Below are positions 9,643 to 19,004 of a stretch of 64,000 nucleotides of DNA, one piece after another. The first letter of the stretch is position 1. The number at the start of each line of letters is the position of its first letter. The stretch lies in contig JACAEN010000016.1 in the NCBI GenBank assembly GCA_013388845.1, positions 21,898 to 85,897 of the forward strand, read 5' to 3'. Position numbers and translations under genes: made by a program. The stretch comes from Chloroflexota bacterium (GTDB lineage Bacteria; Chloroflexota; Dehalococcoidia; GIF9; AB-539-J10). The notes beneath the pieces are model-generated. The model was not told the DNA's origin. It searched no databases and saw nothing but the letters and a program-made list of their open reading frames with translations.

Positions 9643-10389
9643 ACTTGGTACTGAGATTGGGATTCCGTAAAGCTCACTCAGCACCTCTTCTCGAAGCATG
9701 GACTCCGGGCTGCCTTGCTGCCATATCTTACCGTCCTTCATTAGAATCAGTCGTTGGCAAATAGAGGGCAGCGTTCTCAGGTCATGGGTGACAAATAGAG
9801 TGGTCGTATGATATTCCCTGTGAATGAGCTGTATCAGGCTTAAGATTTCGCGTTGAGCTTTTTGGTCTATTGAAGCTGTCGGCTCATCGAGAAGAAATAT
9901 CTCAGGCTGCTGAACTAAAGCTCGGGCAATGGCTGCCCTTTGGTATTCGCCCCCGGATAGATGCCCTATTGGGCGACCTGATAAATGAGCTATGCCCACC
10001 AGTTCCAATACCTTATCTACCGTTTCCCATTGAGCCCGTGTTGGCCGACGGAATAGTCCCAGGCGACCATAGCAGCCCACCATCACCGTTTCTCTAACAT
10101 TGATGGGCAACCTGGGGTCGATATTTTCCACCTGAGCCACATAGCCTATGCGCCTCCTTAAATTAATGCTATTTCTCCCATTAGGCCGTGACCCTAATAC
10201 CCAGGCTTGTCCATGAACCAGTTTGCCCAAGCCATTAATGACTGTGAGCAAGGTAGTTTTGCCAGCGCCGTTAGGTCCGATAATGCCAATGAATTCTCCT
10301 TTCCTGACCTCCAGAGACACACCCTGTAAAGCCACATCTTCTCGGTAGGACACCACAGCGTCTTGAATCTTGATGACTATATCATCCAT
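9610..10389 (-). CDS. Metal ABC transporter ATP-binding protein (ZnuC/MntA family)
   Basis: Walker A GPNGAGKTT, LSGGEYQR, LLDEPT, H-loop VTHDL. Confidence 0.92.
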   Translation of the reverse strand: MDDIVIKIQDAVVSYREDVALQGVSLEVRKGEFIGIIGPNGAGKTTLLTVINGLGKLVHGQAWVLGSRPNGRNSINLRRRIGYVAQVENIDPRLPINVRETVMVGCYGRLGLFRRPTRAQWETVDKVLELVGIAHLSGRPIGHLSGGEYQRAAIARALVQQPEIFLLDEPTASIDQKAQREILSLIQLIHREYHTTTLFVTHDLRTLPSICQRLILMKDGKIWQQGSPESMLREEVLSELYGIPISVPSEIASSLHSSQ

Positions 10390-11248
10390 GTTGTTCCCTC
10401 CATTCGTTCAGAGCGTCTAGCAGTAGATCAACGTTCTTATCTATTGCCTTTTCCCAAGTTTTGGTGTTCTCTAAGCCGCCCGGGAAGTTGGATATGGTTA
10501 CCTGTATGGCTCCGATATCCTGTGCCATAGTTTCACTCGTCGCCGTGGCACCACTCTGGAGATTATCAATGACCAGAGCTACCCCGGCTCCTCTAGCTTT
10601 ATCTATCAGCTCTTGCACTTGCGCCGGGGTTAAGTCTTCAGGTCTGCCATAGGTAGCCACAACATCGAAGCCAGCCCACCTCACAAATCCTTGTTGCATT
10701 TCCGCGCAGATTACCTTTACCCCCTCTAACCCGGCTCCCTGTAATCTATTTTTTACTTCTTCACCCTTAGCTAAAATAGCTTGTGCCCTATCTGTAGCTC
10801 TCTCGCGATAGTATGCGGCATTTTCTGGGTCTATTTCTCCCAAGATTTGAGCAATCTTGCTTACTGCCTCAGCTTGAACTGAGGGTACCATCCAGTTGCC
10901 TGTAACATTAACAGCCACGATAATAAGGTCGGGGTTTTCTGCCGCCTCAATCGCCCCTTGGACATTTTGAAAATTCGCTTGATAATCGTGGATGAAAAGG
11001 GCTCTGCAACTAGCTAGTGCCACAATATGGCTGGGCTTTATATCATAATGTCCTGGACACACACCGGGTGGTATAAGGGTGCCAGTTTCCAGTTTGCCGT
11101 CCGCTACATCCTGAATAATGTTGGTGATAAGGGAGCTCCCAGTCATGATATCAACTGAGAGTGGACCCTGTTGGGCACGAACCAGAAACACCACAGCAAC
11201 AACCACGATCACTGCCACCAATACGCCTATCAGAATTCTTCTTCTCAT
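10382..11248 (-). CDS. Metal ABC transporter substrate-binding protein (ZnuA/TroA-like)
   Basis: N-terminal anchor, SLITNIIQDVA, LIPPGVCPGHYD. Start placed at MRRRIL. Confidence 0.85.
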   Translation of the reverse strand: MRRRILIGVLVAVIVVVAVVFLVRAQQGPLSVDIMTGSSLITNIIQDVADGKLETGTLIPPGVCPGHYDIKPSHIVALASCRALFIHDYQANFQNVQGAIEAAENPDLIIVAVNVTGNWMVPSVQAEAVSKIAQILGEIDPENAAYYRERATDRAQAILAKGEEVKNRLQGAGLEGVKVICAEMQQGFVRWAGFDVVATYGRPEDLTPAQVQELIDKARGAGVALVIDNLQSGATATSETMAQDIGAIQVTISNFPGGLENTKTWEKAIDKNVDLLLDALNEWREQHG

Positions 11249-11272
11249 AATTCTTTCAGCACTCCATGCATG

Positions 11273-11286
11273 TGCAATTAATTGCA
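11273..11286. promoter_or_regulatory. Candidate Fur-family operator (perfect palindrome)
   Basis: tgcaattaattgca about 25 nt upstream of the substrate-binding protein start. Confidence 0.6.
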
Positions 11287-11302
11287 ATTATCGAGCAAAA
11301 AA

Positions 11303-11488
11303 TTAATCTTTTTCCAGTTGTATTTGAGACTTTAAGAAGTCTATCTGTCGGACCTTGCCCTGGAAGACCTTCTTTTCCCCAAACAGGGTCTGCACCTCTA
11401 CCTGCCCGTCAGTAATCGTCAGGCGAGCGATGTCCTCCAGAATTGGCTTGTCACCCTCTTTAACCTCATAAAGTTTCGCCATACACAT
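11303..11488 (-). CDS. CooT family nickel-binding protein
   Basis: 61 aa starting MCMAK with LEDI...LFGE..V.G.V..IDF pattern typical of CooT. Confidence 0.75.
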   Translation of the reverse strand: MCMAKLYEVKEGDKPILEDIARLTITDGQVEVQTLFGEKKVFQGKVRQIDFLKSQIQLEKD

Positions 11489-11489
11489 C

Positions 11490-11708
11490 CTAATGCCTCC
11501 CCTTGCTCTTTGGCAGAGCCTGTTTTGCTTTCATTAGTTCGTCGCTAGCCGCTGCCATCTTGGTGGCTGCCTTTTGTAGCTGTTGTGCTACCTCAGCGGA
11601 TAATGAAGCAACTTTGTCAGCCCAGTCACGAAACTCCTTCTCATGCTCGTTGTTATGTTCAATCCAGTAGTCAAGCAGAATGCGCAGTTTTTCTCTAACG
11701 TCATCCAT
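11490..11708 (-). CDS. Small helical protein with WIEHNNEH motif, putative metal-binding accessory
   Basis: EKLRILLDYWIEHNNEHEKEF. Tightly coupled between the Fur and CooT genes. Confidence 0.7.
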   Translation of the reverse strand: MDDVREKLRILLDYWIEHNNEHEKEFRDWADKVASLSAEVAQQLQKAATKMAAASDELMKAKQALPKSKGRH

Positions 11709-11714
11709 ATTTGG

Positions 11715-12143
11715 CTAAGCTTTGCTTCTCTTTTTTCTGCGGCACCCTTTGCACTCGCCGGAAATAGCCAAGTGCCTTAGATCAGCGTCGAAGCCATATT
11801 CTTGAAGTAAGGTATCTTCTAACGGATGTAGCACAGATTCTTTGAGGTCTATTACCTTGCCGCAGCTACGGCAAACAAGATGGTGGTGATGCCCTTTCTC
11901 AGCAACATGATAGCGGACACACCCTTCGCCAAAATCAGTTTCCGTAACTAAATTTAATTTCTTCAGCAGCTCTAGAGTGCGATAGACAGTAGATATATTG
12001 GCGTAGGGATAACGACTATGTAACTGCTCATAGATTTCCTCAGCGCTGATGTGCTCGTCGGCATTGTGAAGCGCTTCAATGACCAGCATGCGCTGGGGAG
12101 TTAACCGGTGCCCCTTTTCGCGAAGAACCTCGTGGCAGCTCAT
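11715..12143 (-). CDS. Fur family transcriptional regulator (Zur/Nur-like)
   Basis: RLTPQR, ISTVYRTLELL, HHHHLVCRSCG, CKGC. Confidence 0.92.
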   Translation of the reverse strand: MSCHEVLREKGHRLTPQRMLVIEALHNADEHISAEEIYEQLHSRYPYANISTVYRTLELLKKLNLVTETDFGEGCVRYHVAEKGHHHHLVCRSCGKVIDLKESVLHPLEDTLLQEYGFDADLRHLAISGECKGCRRKKRSKA

Positions 12144-12154
12144 TGCCGCAGGAT

Positions 12155-12192
12155 ATTATAACAAGGCAACAAAATTATTGCAACAAGTCGCA
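12155..12192 (-). promoter_or_regulatory. Sigma70-type promoter of the Fur gene with overlapping operator
   Basis: Minus-strand TTGCAA-17-TATAAT. Operator variant tgcaacaagtcgca (12179-12192) overlaps the -35 box. Confidence 0.6.
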
Positions 12193-12214
12193 AATGCAAT
12201 CATAACCCCATCCT

Positions 12215-12248
12215 GCCATTGCGAGGGGCGGAAGCCCGAAGCAATCTC
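12215..12248. repeat. REP-like type I element
   Basis: gccattgcgaggggcggaagcccgaagcaatctc. Confidence 0.8.
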
Positions 12249-12306
12249 GCGAAGTTCTGTAAGGTTTGATCTCTCATTTCGCACTTTGCATTTTGCATCT
12301 TGACTT

Positions 12307-12753
12307 TCACTTGTTCCTGCTTTCCAGTAATATCGTAACTGGGCCATCATTATAGATTTCCACCAGCATATGCTCCTGGAAAACTCCAGTCTCTACCTTG
12401 AGCCCTGTGGGGCGAACTTGCTCGACAAAAAACTCATATAGTTCCTTGGCAACGTCTGGCGGGGCGGCATCGGTAAAGTCGGGGCGTCTGCCCTTGCGCG
12501 TATCAGCCAGAAGAGTAAATTGGCTTACGATTAGAATATCTCCCTTTGTTTCCAGCGCTGAGAAGGAAAACTTGCTTGCCTCGTCGGCAAAAATACGCAG
12601 GTTAACCACTTTGTTGGCCAGATAAGTGGCGTCCTCCTTCGAATCGCCTTGAGCCACGCCCAGAAAAACCACCAAGCCCCGGCCAATCTTGCCCACTATT
12701 TTGTCATTCACGCTCACCGAGGCTCGAGAAACCCGCTGGACTAATGCTTTCAT
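12307..12753 (-). CDS. dtd: D-aminoacyl-tRNA deacylase
   Basis: MKALVQRVSRASV, SQFTL, NDGPVT. Confidence 0.96.
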   Translation of the reverse strand: MKALVQRVSRASVSVNDKIVGKIGRGLVVFLGVAQGDSKEDATYLANKVVNLRIFADEASKFSFSALETKGDILIVSQFTLLADTRKGRRPDFTDAAPPDVAKELYEFFVEQVRPTGLKVETGVFQEHMLVEIYNDGPVTILLESRNK

Positions 12754-13094
12754 CTTGATTCAGCTAATATAATTATGCCACCTTCTCAAATTTATTTCTG
12801 CTTGTGCCCAGCTTCTCGTGAGTATTCCGGGGATATAATACCTACTTCGTAGTAGGCCTAATCCTTCACCTTGCGAAAGATGGTGTCCCTAGAATTTAGG
12901 AGTGGAGAGACGGACGGAGTAGGGTGTTAGCTTTAGTTTCACCTCACTAATCCCTAAGGCAAAAATGAAGTGTGCCACCGGATACACTTTCTGGTAAGAA
13001 AATCCCCACCAACTCGTGTGGTCAGCCAGCACACTCAATTGAAAGCAAGCCCGTTTATACGCTATAATTGGCAATCCAGAAAAGGAGACTATCT

Positions 13095-14888
13095 TTGCTC
13101 AAAAGCCATAACTGTGGTGAACTGAGGAAAAGCCATGCCGGACAGAAGGTAACTTTAGCGGGTTGGGTGCACCGGCGTCGTGACCATGGCGGGAAGGTAT
13201 TCATTGACCTGCGTGACCGGGAAGGCATAGTTCAGGTGGTGTTCAATCCCCAAGTATCACAAGAGGCATACGAGGTAGCTGGTTCGCTCCGTAGTGAGTA
13301 CGTGATTCAGGTTACTGGAGAAGTGGCTCGCCGCCCTAAGGGGACGGAAAATCCCAAACTAGCCACCGGCGATATCGAAGTCATAGTCAAAGAAGCTGTC
13401 ATTCTTAATCCGTCGAAAACGCCGCCATTTTACATAACTGAAGATGAAGAGGTCGAAGAATCACTTTGCCTCAAAAACCGCTACCTGTACCTGAGGAGAC
13501 CCAGGCTGAAGGACAATCTTCTGTTACGCCACAGGATGATAAAGTTTATACGTGACTTCCTGGACGCTAGGGGATTTGTGGAAATTGAAACACCTATTCT
13601 GATTAAGAGCACGCCAGAGGGCGCCCGGGACTATCTTGTGCCCAGCCGTATCAATCCCGGCAAGTTTTATGCCCTTCCCCAATCTCCACAGCAGCTTAAA
13701 CAAATCCTCATGGTCGCCGGGTTTGACAAATACTTCCAGATAGCTCGTTGCTTCAGGGACGAAGACCTGCGGGCAGATCGCCAGCCTGAGTTTACTCAAC
13801 TTGACCTAGAAATGAGCTTTGTCGAAACAAAGGACATATTGCAACTCATGGAGGAACTTTTCACCTCGCTTGTGCAGACTATTAAGCCTGATATGCAGGT
13901 ATTAAAGCCCTTTCCGTATCTTTCCTATAAAGAAGCGATGGAGAGGTATGGCACAGATAAACCCGATATCAGGTTTGGCTTGGAGCTCAGGGATATGTCA
14001 GATATTGCTGCTAACACCGAGTTTCAAGTTTTCCGCTCAGCCCTCGATAAAAACGGCAAGGTGAAAGGAATATGCGTCCCTGGCTGTGGACATTATACGC
14101 GGCATCAGCTTGATGAACTAATTGATTTGGCGAAGAGTTGTGGTGCTCAGGGTTTGGTGACCATGGCTTTTACAGGAGAGGCAATAACTCCAGATGAGGT
14201 GAAATCGGCGGCTGCTAAATATTTAACTCCTCGTCAATTAGAAGAAATAGCTGGTAGATTCGAGGCAAAGCCTGGAGACCTATTACTTATCGTGGCTGAT
14301 AAGCTGAATGTGGTCAACAAAACACTGGATGAGTTGAGGCGCCAGATAGCACAGCAACTTAATCTAGCTGACGCTAAGCTATTGGCTTTTGCCTTTATAG
14401 TTGATTTTCCTCTATTGGAGTGGAATGAGGCTGAGAATAGGTGGGAACCTATGCACCATCCGTTTACCGCTCCCCGATGGGAAGATGTGGGGCTTCTTGA
14501 TACAGAACCAGCTAAGGTTCATGGTCAACATTATGATGTCGTGTGCAATGGCTGTGAACTTGGCAGTGGCAGTATCAGAATTCATAAACGTGAATTTCAG
14601 GAGAGGATGTTTAGCCTCCTCGGTTATAGCCAGGAAGAAATGGAAAGCCGATTTGGATGTCTCTTACAGGCACTGGAATATGGAGCGCCACCCCATGGCG
14701 GCATTGCGATAGGGCTGGATCGTTTGGCTATGATTTTTGCCGGGGAACGGAGTATCAGGGAGGTTATTGCTTTCCCGAAAAATCAGAATGCTGTGGATGT
14801 GATGTTTGACAGCCCTTCTTATATTGATAAGCATCAGCTTGATGAGCTAAACCTTCAGCTGAAGCGTGAGATTCTTCGCCCGCAGTAA
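13095..14888 (+). CDS. aspS: Aspartate--tRNA ligase
   Basis: GWVHRRRDHGG, EGARDYLVP, YFQIARCFRDED, PPHGGIAIGLDR. TTG start after AAGGAG. Confidence 0.96.
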   Translation: MLKSHNCGELRKSHAGQKVTLAGWVHRRRDHGGKVFIDLRDREGIVQVVFNPQVSQEAYEVAGSLRSEYVIQVTGEVARRPKGTENPKLATGDIEVIVKEAVILNPSKTPPFYITEDEEVEESLCLKNRYLYLRRPRLKDNLLLRHRMIKFIRDFLDARGFVEIETPILIKSTPEGARDYLVPSRINPGKFYALPQSPQQLKQILMVAGFDKYFQIARCFRDEDLRADRQPEFTQLDLEMSFVETKDILQLMEELFTSLVQTIKPDMQVLKPFPYLSYKEAMERYGTDKPDIRFGLELRDMSDIAANTEFQVFRSALDKNGKVKGICVPGCGHYTRHQLDELIDLAKSCGAQGLVTMAFTGEAITPDEVKSAAAKYLTPRQLEEIAGRFEAKPGDLLLIVADKLNVVNKTLDELRRQIAQQLNLADAKLLAFAFIVDFPLLEWNEAENRWEPMHHPFTAPRWEDVGLLDTEPAKVHGQHYDVVCNGCELGSGSIRIHKREFQERMFSLLGYSQEEMESRFGCLLQALEYGAPPHGGIAIGLDRLAMIFAGERSIREVIAFPKNQNAVDVMFDSPSYIDKHQLDELNLQLKREILRPQ

Positions 14889-14900
14889 CAAGGATGAGAC

Positions 14901-16193
14901 ATGAAAGTAAACACAGAAAATTTGGGGAATTGCCAGATAGCTCTTAATATCGAGGCTGAAGCCAGTGAATTAGATAAATCACTGGACGAGGCTTACCATC
15001 ACCTGGTGAATGAGGTATCCATACCCGGTTTCCGTAAGGGAAAAGCACCACGAGCCATTTTGGTACAGCACATAGGCAAGAAAACTCTGTTGGATGAGGC
15101 ACTGGAACATCTTGTACCACAGCTTTATAAGCAGGCAATCGAGTCTCAGAAAATCGACCCCATTGCCGGACCAGAAATAGAAATTATTCAAACCGAGCCT
15201 GTGGTTTTCAAAGCTGTAGTGCCTCTCAAACCCGAAGTTAAGCTTGGCGATTACCATAGTCTGAAGCTGGGGCCTAGCCCCAGAGCAGAAATCGCCGAGA
15301 AAGAAATTACTGCTGCCATAGAAGAGTTTCGGGAAAGACAAGGGGCGTGGGTGCCTGTAGACCGCCCTGTTGAGCTAGGTGATTTAGTTACTATGGACAT
15401 CCAAGCTAATGTGGGCGGGAGACCCTGGTTGAATCACAAAGGCATATTATATGAGGTAGATAAGGATTCACGTTCACCTGTGCCGGGATTTGCCTCTAAT
15501 TTGCCAGGTGCTGAGAAAAATAAGGAAAGGACTTTCAGCTTGACTATTCCAGATGACTACCCCATTAAAGAAATGCGTGGCAAAGAAGGCACTTTCAAAG
15601 TTACTGTTACCGAAATAAAGGTGAAACAGTTGCCAGAGCTTGACGATGAACTGGCTCGGAGCGCTGGCTACGATAACCTGACGGGTATGAAAAAGAAGGT
15701 GGCAGCCGATTTAAGAGCCCAAGCTGAAGCCAGGAATCGCTTAGAGTTGAGACAGAAGGCGCTGGATGCCCTGGTGGAAATCAGCGGGGTAAAGTATCCT
15801 CCTATTCTGGAGGACGAGGAAATTACCGAACTTCTTAGAGACGAGACACGGCGCCTGGGCTTTAGAGAGGTAGCGGATTACCTAAAGAAGACTGGGAAGA
15901 CGAAAGAGGAACTTAGACAAGAACTGTGCCCTATAGCAAAAAAGCGGCTTATTCAGCGTCTCGTCTTAGAGAAATTGGCCGAAGAGGAAAAGATTGAAAT
16001 TAGTTCCTCAGAGGTAGATAATAAAGCAAATGAGATTATCAATAATGCTGAGGATAAAGAAAACGCCAGGCAGTTTTTGGCGCTACCCCAAGTTAAGCAA
16101 TCAATTGAACAGTCTCTGCGTACTCAGAAGACGTTAGACCGATTGTTGGAAATAGCCATGGGTAATGTTGAGAATAAGACAAAGGGGGGATAA
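14901..16193 (+). CDS. tig: Trigger factor
   Basis: [10 protein letters not shown] ribosome-binding motif, FKBP-like middle domain. Upstream of clpP. Confidence 0.93.
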   Translation: MKVNTENLGNCQIALNIEAEASELDKSLDEAYHHLVNEVSIPGFRKGKAPRAILVQHIGKKTLLDEALEHLVPQLYKQAIESQKIDPIAGPEIEIIQTEPVVFKAVVPLKPEVKLGDYHSLKLGPSPRAEIAEKEITAAIEEFRERQGAWVPVDRPVELGDLVTMDIQANVGGRPWLNHKGILYEVDKDSRSPVPGFASNLPGAEKNKERTFSLTIPDDYPIKEMRGKEGTFKVTVTEIKVKQLPELDDELARSAGYDNLTGMKKKVAADLRAQAEARNRLELRQKALDALVEISGVKYPPILEDEEITELLRDETRRLGFREVADYLKKTGKTKEELRQELCPIAKKRLIQRLVLEKLAEEEKIEISSSEVDNKANEIINNAEDKENARQFLALPQVKQSIEQSLRTQKTLDRLLEIAMGNVENKTKGG

Positions 16194-16798
16194 TGGAAAC
16201 AGTATCTCAATTAATAATTCCTACGGTGACTGAGACTAGTGCTCGAGGTGAACGTATTTTCGACATATATTCTCTCCTGCTGAGAGAGAGAATCGTTTTT
16301 TTAGGCACGCCGATTAACGACCAGGTAGCCAATCTTATTATTGCTCAGCTCCTCTACCTGGAGAGAGAAGACCCCGAAAAGGATATAAATCTTTATATTC
16401 ATTGTCCTGGCGGCATTATTAGCGCTGGGCTAGCCATTTACGATACTATGCAGATTCTTCGCTGCCCTATATCCACCATTTGTGTTGGTTTAGCAGCTAG
16501 CATGGGCACTTTGCTTCTTTGTGCCGGGACTAAGGGCAAAAGGTACGCTTTACCTAATTCAACTATCCATCTGCACCAGGCAGTTGGTGGTGCTCAAGGG
16601 CAGGCGGCAGATATTGAAATTGCTGCCAGAGAAATCATGAGACTCCAGGAAACAATACGTAACATCATAGCCAGGCACACGGGGCAGCCGGTGGAGAAAA
16701 TTGCCCACGACACTGACAGAGACTTTTATCTTAGCCCTGAACAAGCAGTGGAATACGGCATTATAGACGAAATACTTAGCAAACCAGCCAAGAAATAG
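16193..16798 (+). CDS. clpP: ATP-dependent Clp protease proteolytic subunit
   Basis: [21 protein letters not shown] (catalytic Ser), HLHQ, DRDFYLS. Confidence 0.96.
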   Translation: METVSQLIIPTVTETSARGERIFDIYSLLLRERIVFLGTPINDQVANLIIAQLLYLEREDPEKDINLYIHCPGGIISAGLAIYDTMQILRCPISTICVGLAASMGTLLLCAGTKGKRYALPNSTIHLHQAVGGAQGQAADIEIAAREIMRLQETIRNIIARHTGQPVEKIAHDTDRDFYLSPEQAVEYGIIDEILSKPAKK

Positions 16799-16853
16799 AG
16801 TCAATCTTTCTCTTCAATGAAGAGGGATTTTATAAGGGTTTGGTTCAACTCTT

Positions 16854-17024
16854 TTGACTGGTGGGATCATAGCAGGCTGGATAGGAGTAAGTGCTACAGC
16901 TTATGCCGCAGGTGAAGCATTCGGTGGGCTGGGCAAAGCGGGCTTAATTACCGTCATCGTCGTTTCCATAATTGTTATTGTTACCTTTGTCTGGATCTTC
17001 CGTGAGACGGGAAAGCGAGACTAA
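16854..17024 (+). CDS. Possible small membrane protein (56 aa), below the ORF-track cutoff
   Basis: TTG start, LTGGIIAGWIGVSATAYAAGEAFGGLGKAGLITVIVVSIIVIVTFVWIFRETGKRD*. Two hydrophobic segments. Confidence 0.45.
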   Translation: MTGGIIAGWIGVSATAYAAGEAFGGLGKAGLITVIVVSIIVIVTFVWIFRETGKRD

Positions 17025-17101
17025 GTAATCTAAGGCAAACTCAGGAGTCCTATCACGTCTTTGAGACCCCGGATAAATATGATTTTACGTTAAGGGGGTC
17101 A

Positions 17102-17127
17102 CCACGAAAATCGCAAGATTTTCGTGG
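17102..17127. terminator. Perfect 11-bp hairpin between convergent genes
   Basis: ccacgaaaatc-gcaa-gattttcgtgg. No long U-tract, so its role as a terminator is uncertain. Confidence 0.45.
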
Positions 17128-17137
17128 GTTGTTTATA

Positions 17138-18127
17138 TCAGCCCAGTTTGGCCGCTTCCTCTCTAACCAGGCGGCGAATCCTTTTGTGGATTTCCAATGC
17201 AGGCGCTATGTTCTTAGTTCCATCTAGCCAATGAAAATGTTCTCTATCGCCGCTTCCTCCAGTTTTCTCCCTTTCCTCAGCCACCCTTTCCACTGCATGT
17301 CGCCTACCTTTCCCCCATGCTTCCAGAACCACCCATAAATCATACAAGCTTACCGATGCTAGGCCTATGGTGGAATAGGGCAGGACGTATTCATTAGCAT
17401 TGAAAGCAATGGCTAAGCCACCAGCTTTGTTCACAGCTTGAAGCATCTTGAAATCTGTGATGCTGTCTCCTACCGCCGTCCAATAAGAAAGCGGTTTTCC
17501 CATCCTGGTGCTAAACCGCTCCAGTGCCTCTACCTTGCGTCTTCCCCCTACCGGTTTCACCTGACCTATCATTCTTCCCGACCTTGTTTGAGGCAATTTC
17601 TGCCAGTAGAAATAGTCCAGATATTCCCTTATTTTGGTATCGTCAGTAACAGGATTAAGGTTCACAATTTCGCTTTCTGTTTGCTCCAGCAGGGCAAATT
17701 CATCCTGGCTTAATAGTTGACGAATCTGTGCTAGGGGAAAGGAAGTGCAAGTGACATTCTCACTGGGTATCCCCAATCTCTGTGTGACGGGGAAGGCATA
17801 TTGTTCATAACTAGTACTAATACAAAATACGTACCACCCTCGAGATTTGAGTTTGGAGATTAGTTCAGTTGCCCCTGGAGTTAGCCCAGCTTTCTGACCC
17901 ATAGCGGCGATTTGTTCCTCTTCTATTCCATGATAAGCAAGGAAGGGAGTGATGAGAGCAAGTGTGTCTCCGGGTTCATAATCCGGCCGACCTTCTAAAG
18001 TCAGCAAATCATCATAACGGCTAATGACTTCGAAAATTTTGCCGCCGCGGGGGAATAGTTTCATCAATTCATAGGCATTATCCTGAGGAGTTAAGGGTCC
18101 TTCCAGGTCAAAGCAAATCAAGTTCAT
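17138..18127 (-). CDS. HAD-superfamily protein of the archaeal-type COG4030/EhaR-like family
   Basis: CFDLEGPLTPQDNAYE, ISRYDDLL, YEPGDTL, VGDSITDFKML, AFNAN. Confidence 0.75.
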   Translation of the reverse strand: MNLICFDLEGPLTPQDNAYELMKLFPRGGKIFEVISRYDDLLTLEGRPDYEPGDTLALITPFLAYHGIEEEQIAAMGQKAGLTPGATELISKLKSRGWYVFCISTSYEQYAFPVTQRLGIPSENVTCTSFPLAQIRQLLSQDEFALLEQTESEIVNLNPVTDDTKIREYLDYFYWQKLPQTRSGRMIGQVKPVGGRRKVEALERFSTRMGKPLSYWTAVGDSITDFKMLQAVNKAGGLAIAFNANEYVLPYSTIGLASVSLYDLWVVLEAWGKGRRHAVERVAEEREKTGGSGDREHFHWLDGTKNIAPALEIHKRIRRLVREEAAKLG

Positions 18128-18882
18128 CTCAGACTTTTCTTTACCTCCTCGTCCACCTTCCTACTAAGGTCATAACCACTGATTAACTTTCCTTGAGCAT
18201 CAACGACTCTCTTGTCCTTTATGCTGACTTCGCCCCGGCTCAGGGCTTGTAATGTCATGATGATAAGAGGAAATTCTCTAGCAAGTTCGTGCTGGCGAAT
18301 AAGCCGAAACAGCATATCTTTGTTCTCCTTACGCCAATATTCGGCAAAGGGCTCACCTTTAATGGAAAAGAGGCAGTAGCTAACTGCCGGGCCTCTATCC
18401 AGTTCAGGGGTTACCACGTGCATCATTGCTCCGGCGGTATCGGCTCTATGTTGTATCAAAGTCCAGATTACCTCCTGCCAGCTACCTGTAGGTCCGCCGG
18501 GAGGTGCGGGATGAAGATTAATCATATCGTATTTCTGACATAGTTCTTCACTCACGATGAGCATATAGCCAGCAAGGACACAAAGGTCGGGAGCAAATGG
18601 TTCAATCCTCTTGTCTACCTCCCTATCGTATTTGATACGCCACTCTTTTCCCTCCCCGGCAGTCTCAAACTTTTTGTGAGATAAACAGACAAGAGGAATG
18701 TTGTAGCTCCGAACAAGCTCAAAGAACAGGTCGCTTTCCTTAGCCTCGCCAGGTTCTCGGTTGCTAAAAACAAAGCTAATTCTGCCGTTAAGGTCACCCC
18801 TGCGGGTCTTATCCTGCGCAGCTTGCAAAAGCTGTCGGGCAGCTTCATCTCTCCCTGTGGAAAACCAACCAATTTTCAGCAA
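18124..18882 (-). CDS. purN: Phosphoribosylglycinamide formyltransferase-like protein
   Basis: LCVLAGYMLIVS, INLHPAPP, MMHVVTPELDRGP formyltransferase motifs. Confidence 0.8.
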   Translation of the reverse strand: MLKIGWFSTGRDEAARQLLQAAQDKTRRGDLNGRISFVFSNREPGEAKESDLFFELVRSYNIPLVCLSHKKFETAGEGKEWRIKYDREVDKRIEPFAPDLCVLAGYMLIVSEELCQKYDMINLHPAPPGGPTGSWQEVIWTLIQHRADTAGAMMHVVTPELDRGPAVSYCLFSIKGEPFAEYWRKENKDMLFRLIRQHELAREFPLIIMTLQALSRGEVSIKDKRVVDAQGKLISGYDLSRKVDEEVKKSLR

Positions 18883-18909
18883 GAGCTTGCTTTACCTCCC
18901 TTGCCCTCT

Positions 18910-19004
18910 GTCATTCTGAGCCCTTCGCTTATTTCATTGCGAGTCCCGATTTATTGGGACGAAGCAATCTCCTATCGCTCAGGATAGACTCCGCGAAGGA
19001 TCTC
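18910..19004. repeat. Nested REP composite: type I element inside a type II (GTCATTCTGAG...GAAGGATCTC) element
   Basis: Outer halves 18910-18930 and 18975-19004. Inner 18933-18971 has a gtcccgat-tt-attgggac core. Confidence 0.8.

Noticed and set aside
14868-14898. Possible degenerate type II REP at the aspS 3' end (gagattcttcgc...aggatga)
   Set aside because: Only one end matches well. Plausible but not supportable alone.
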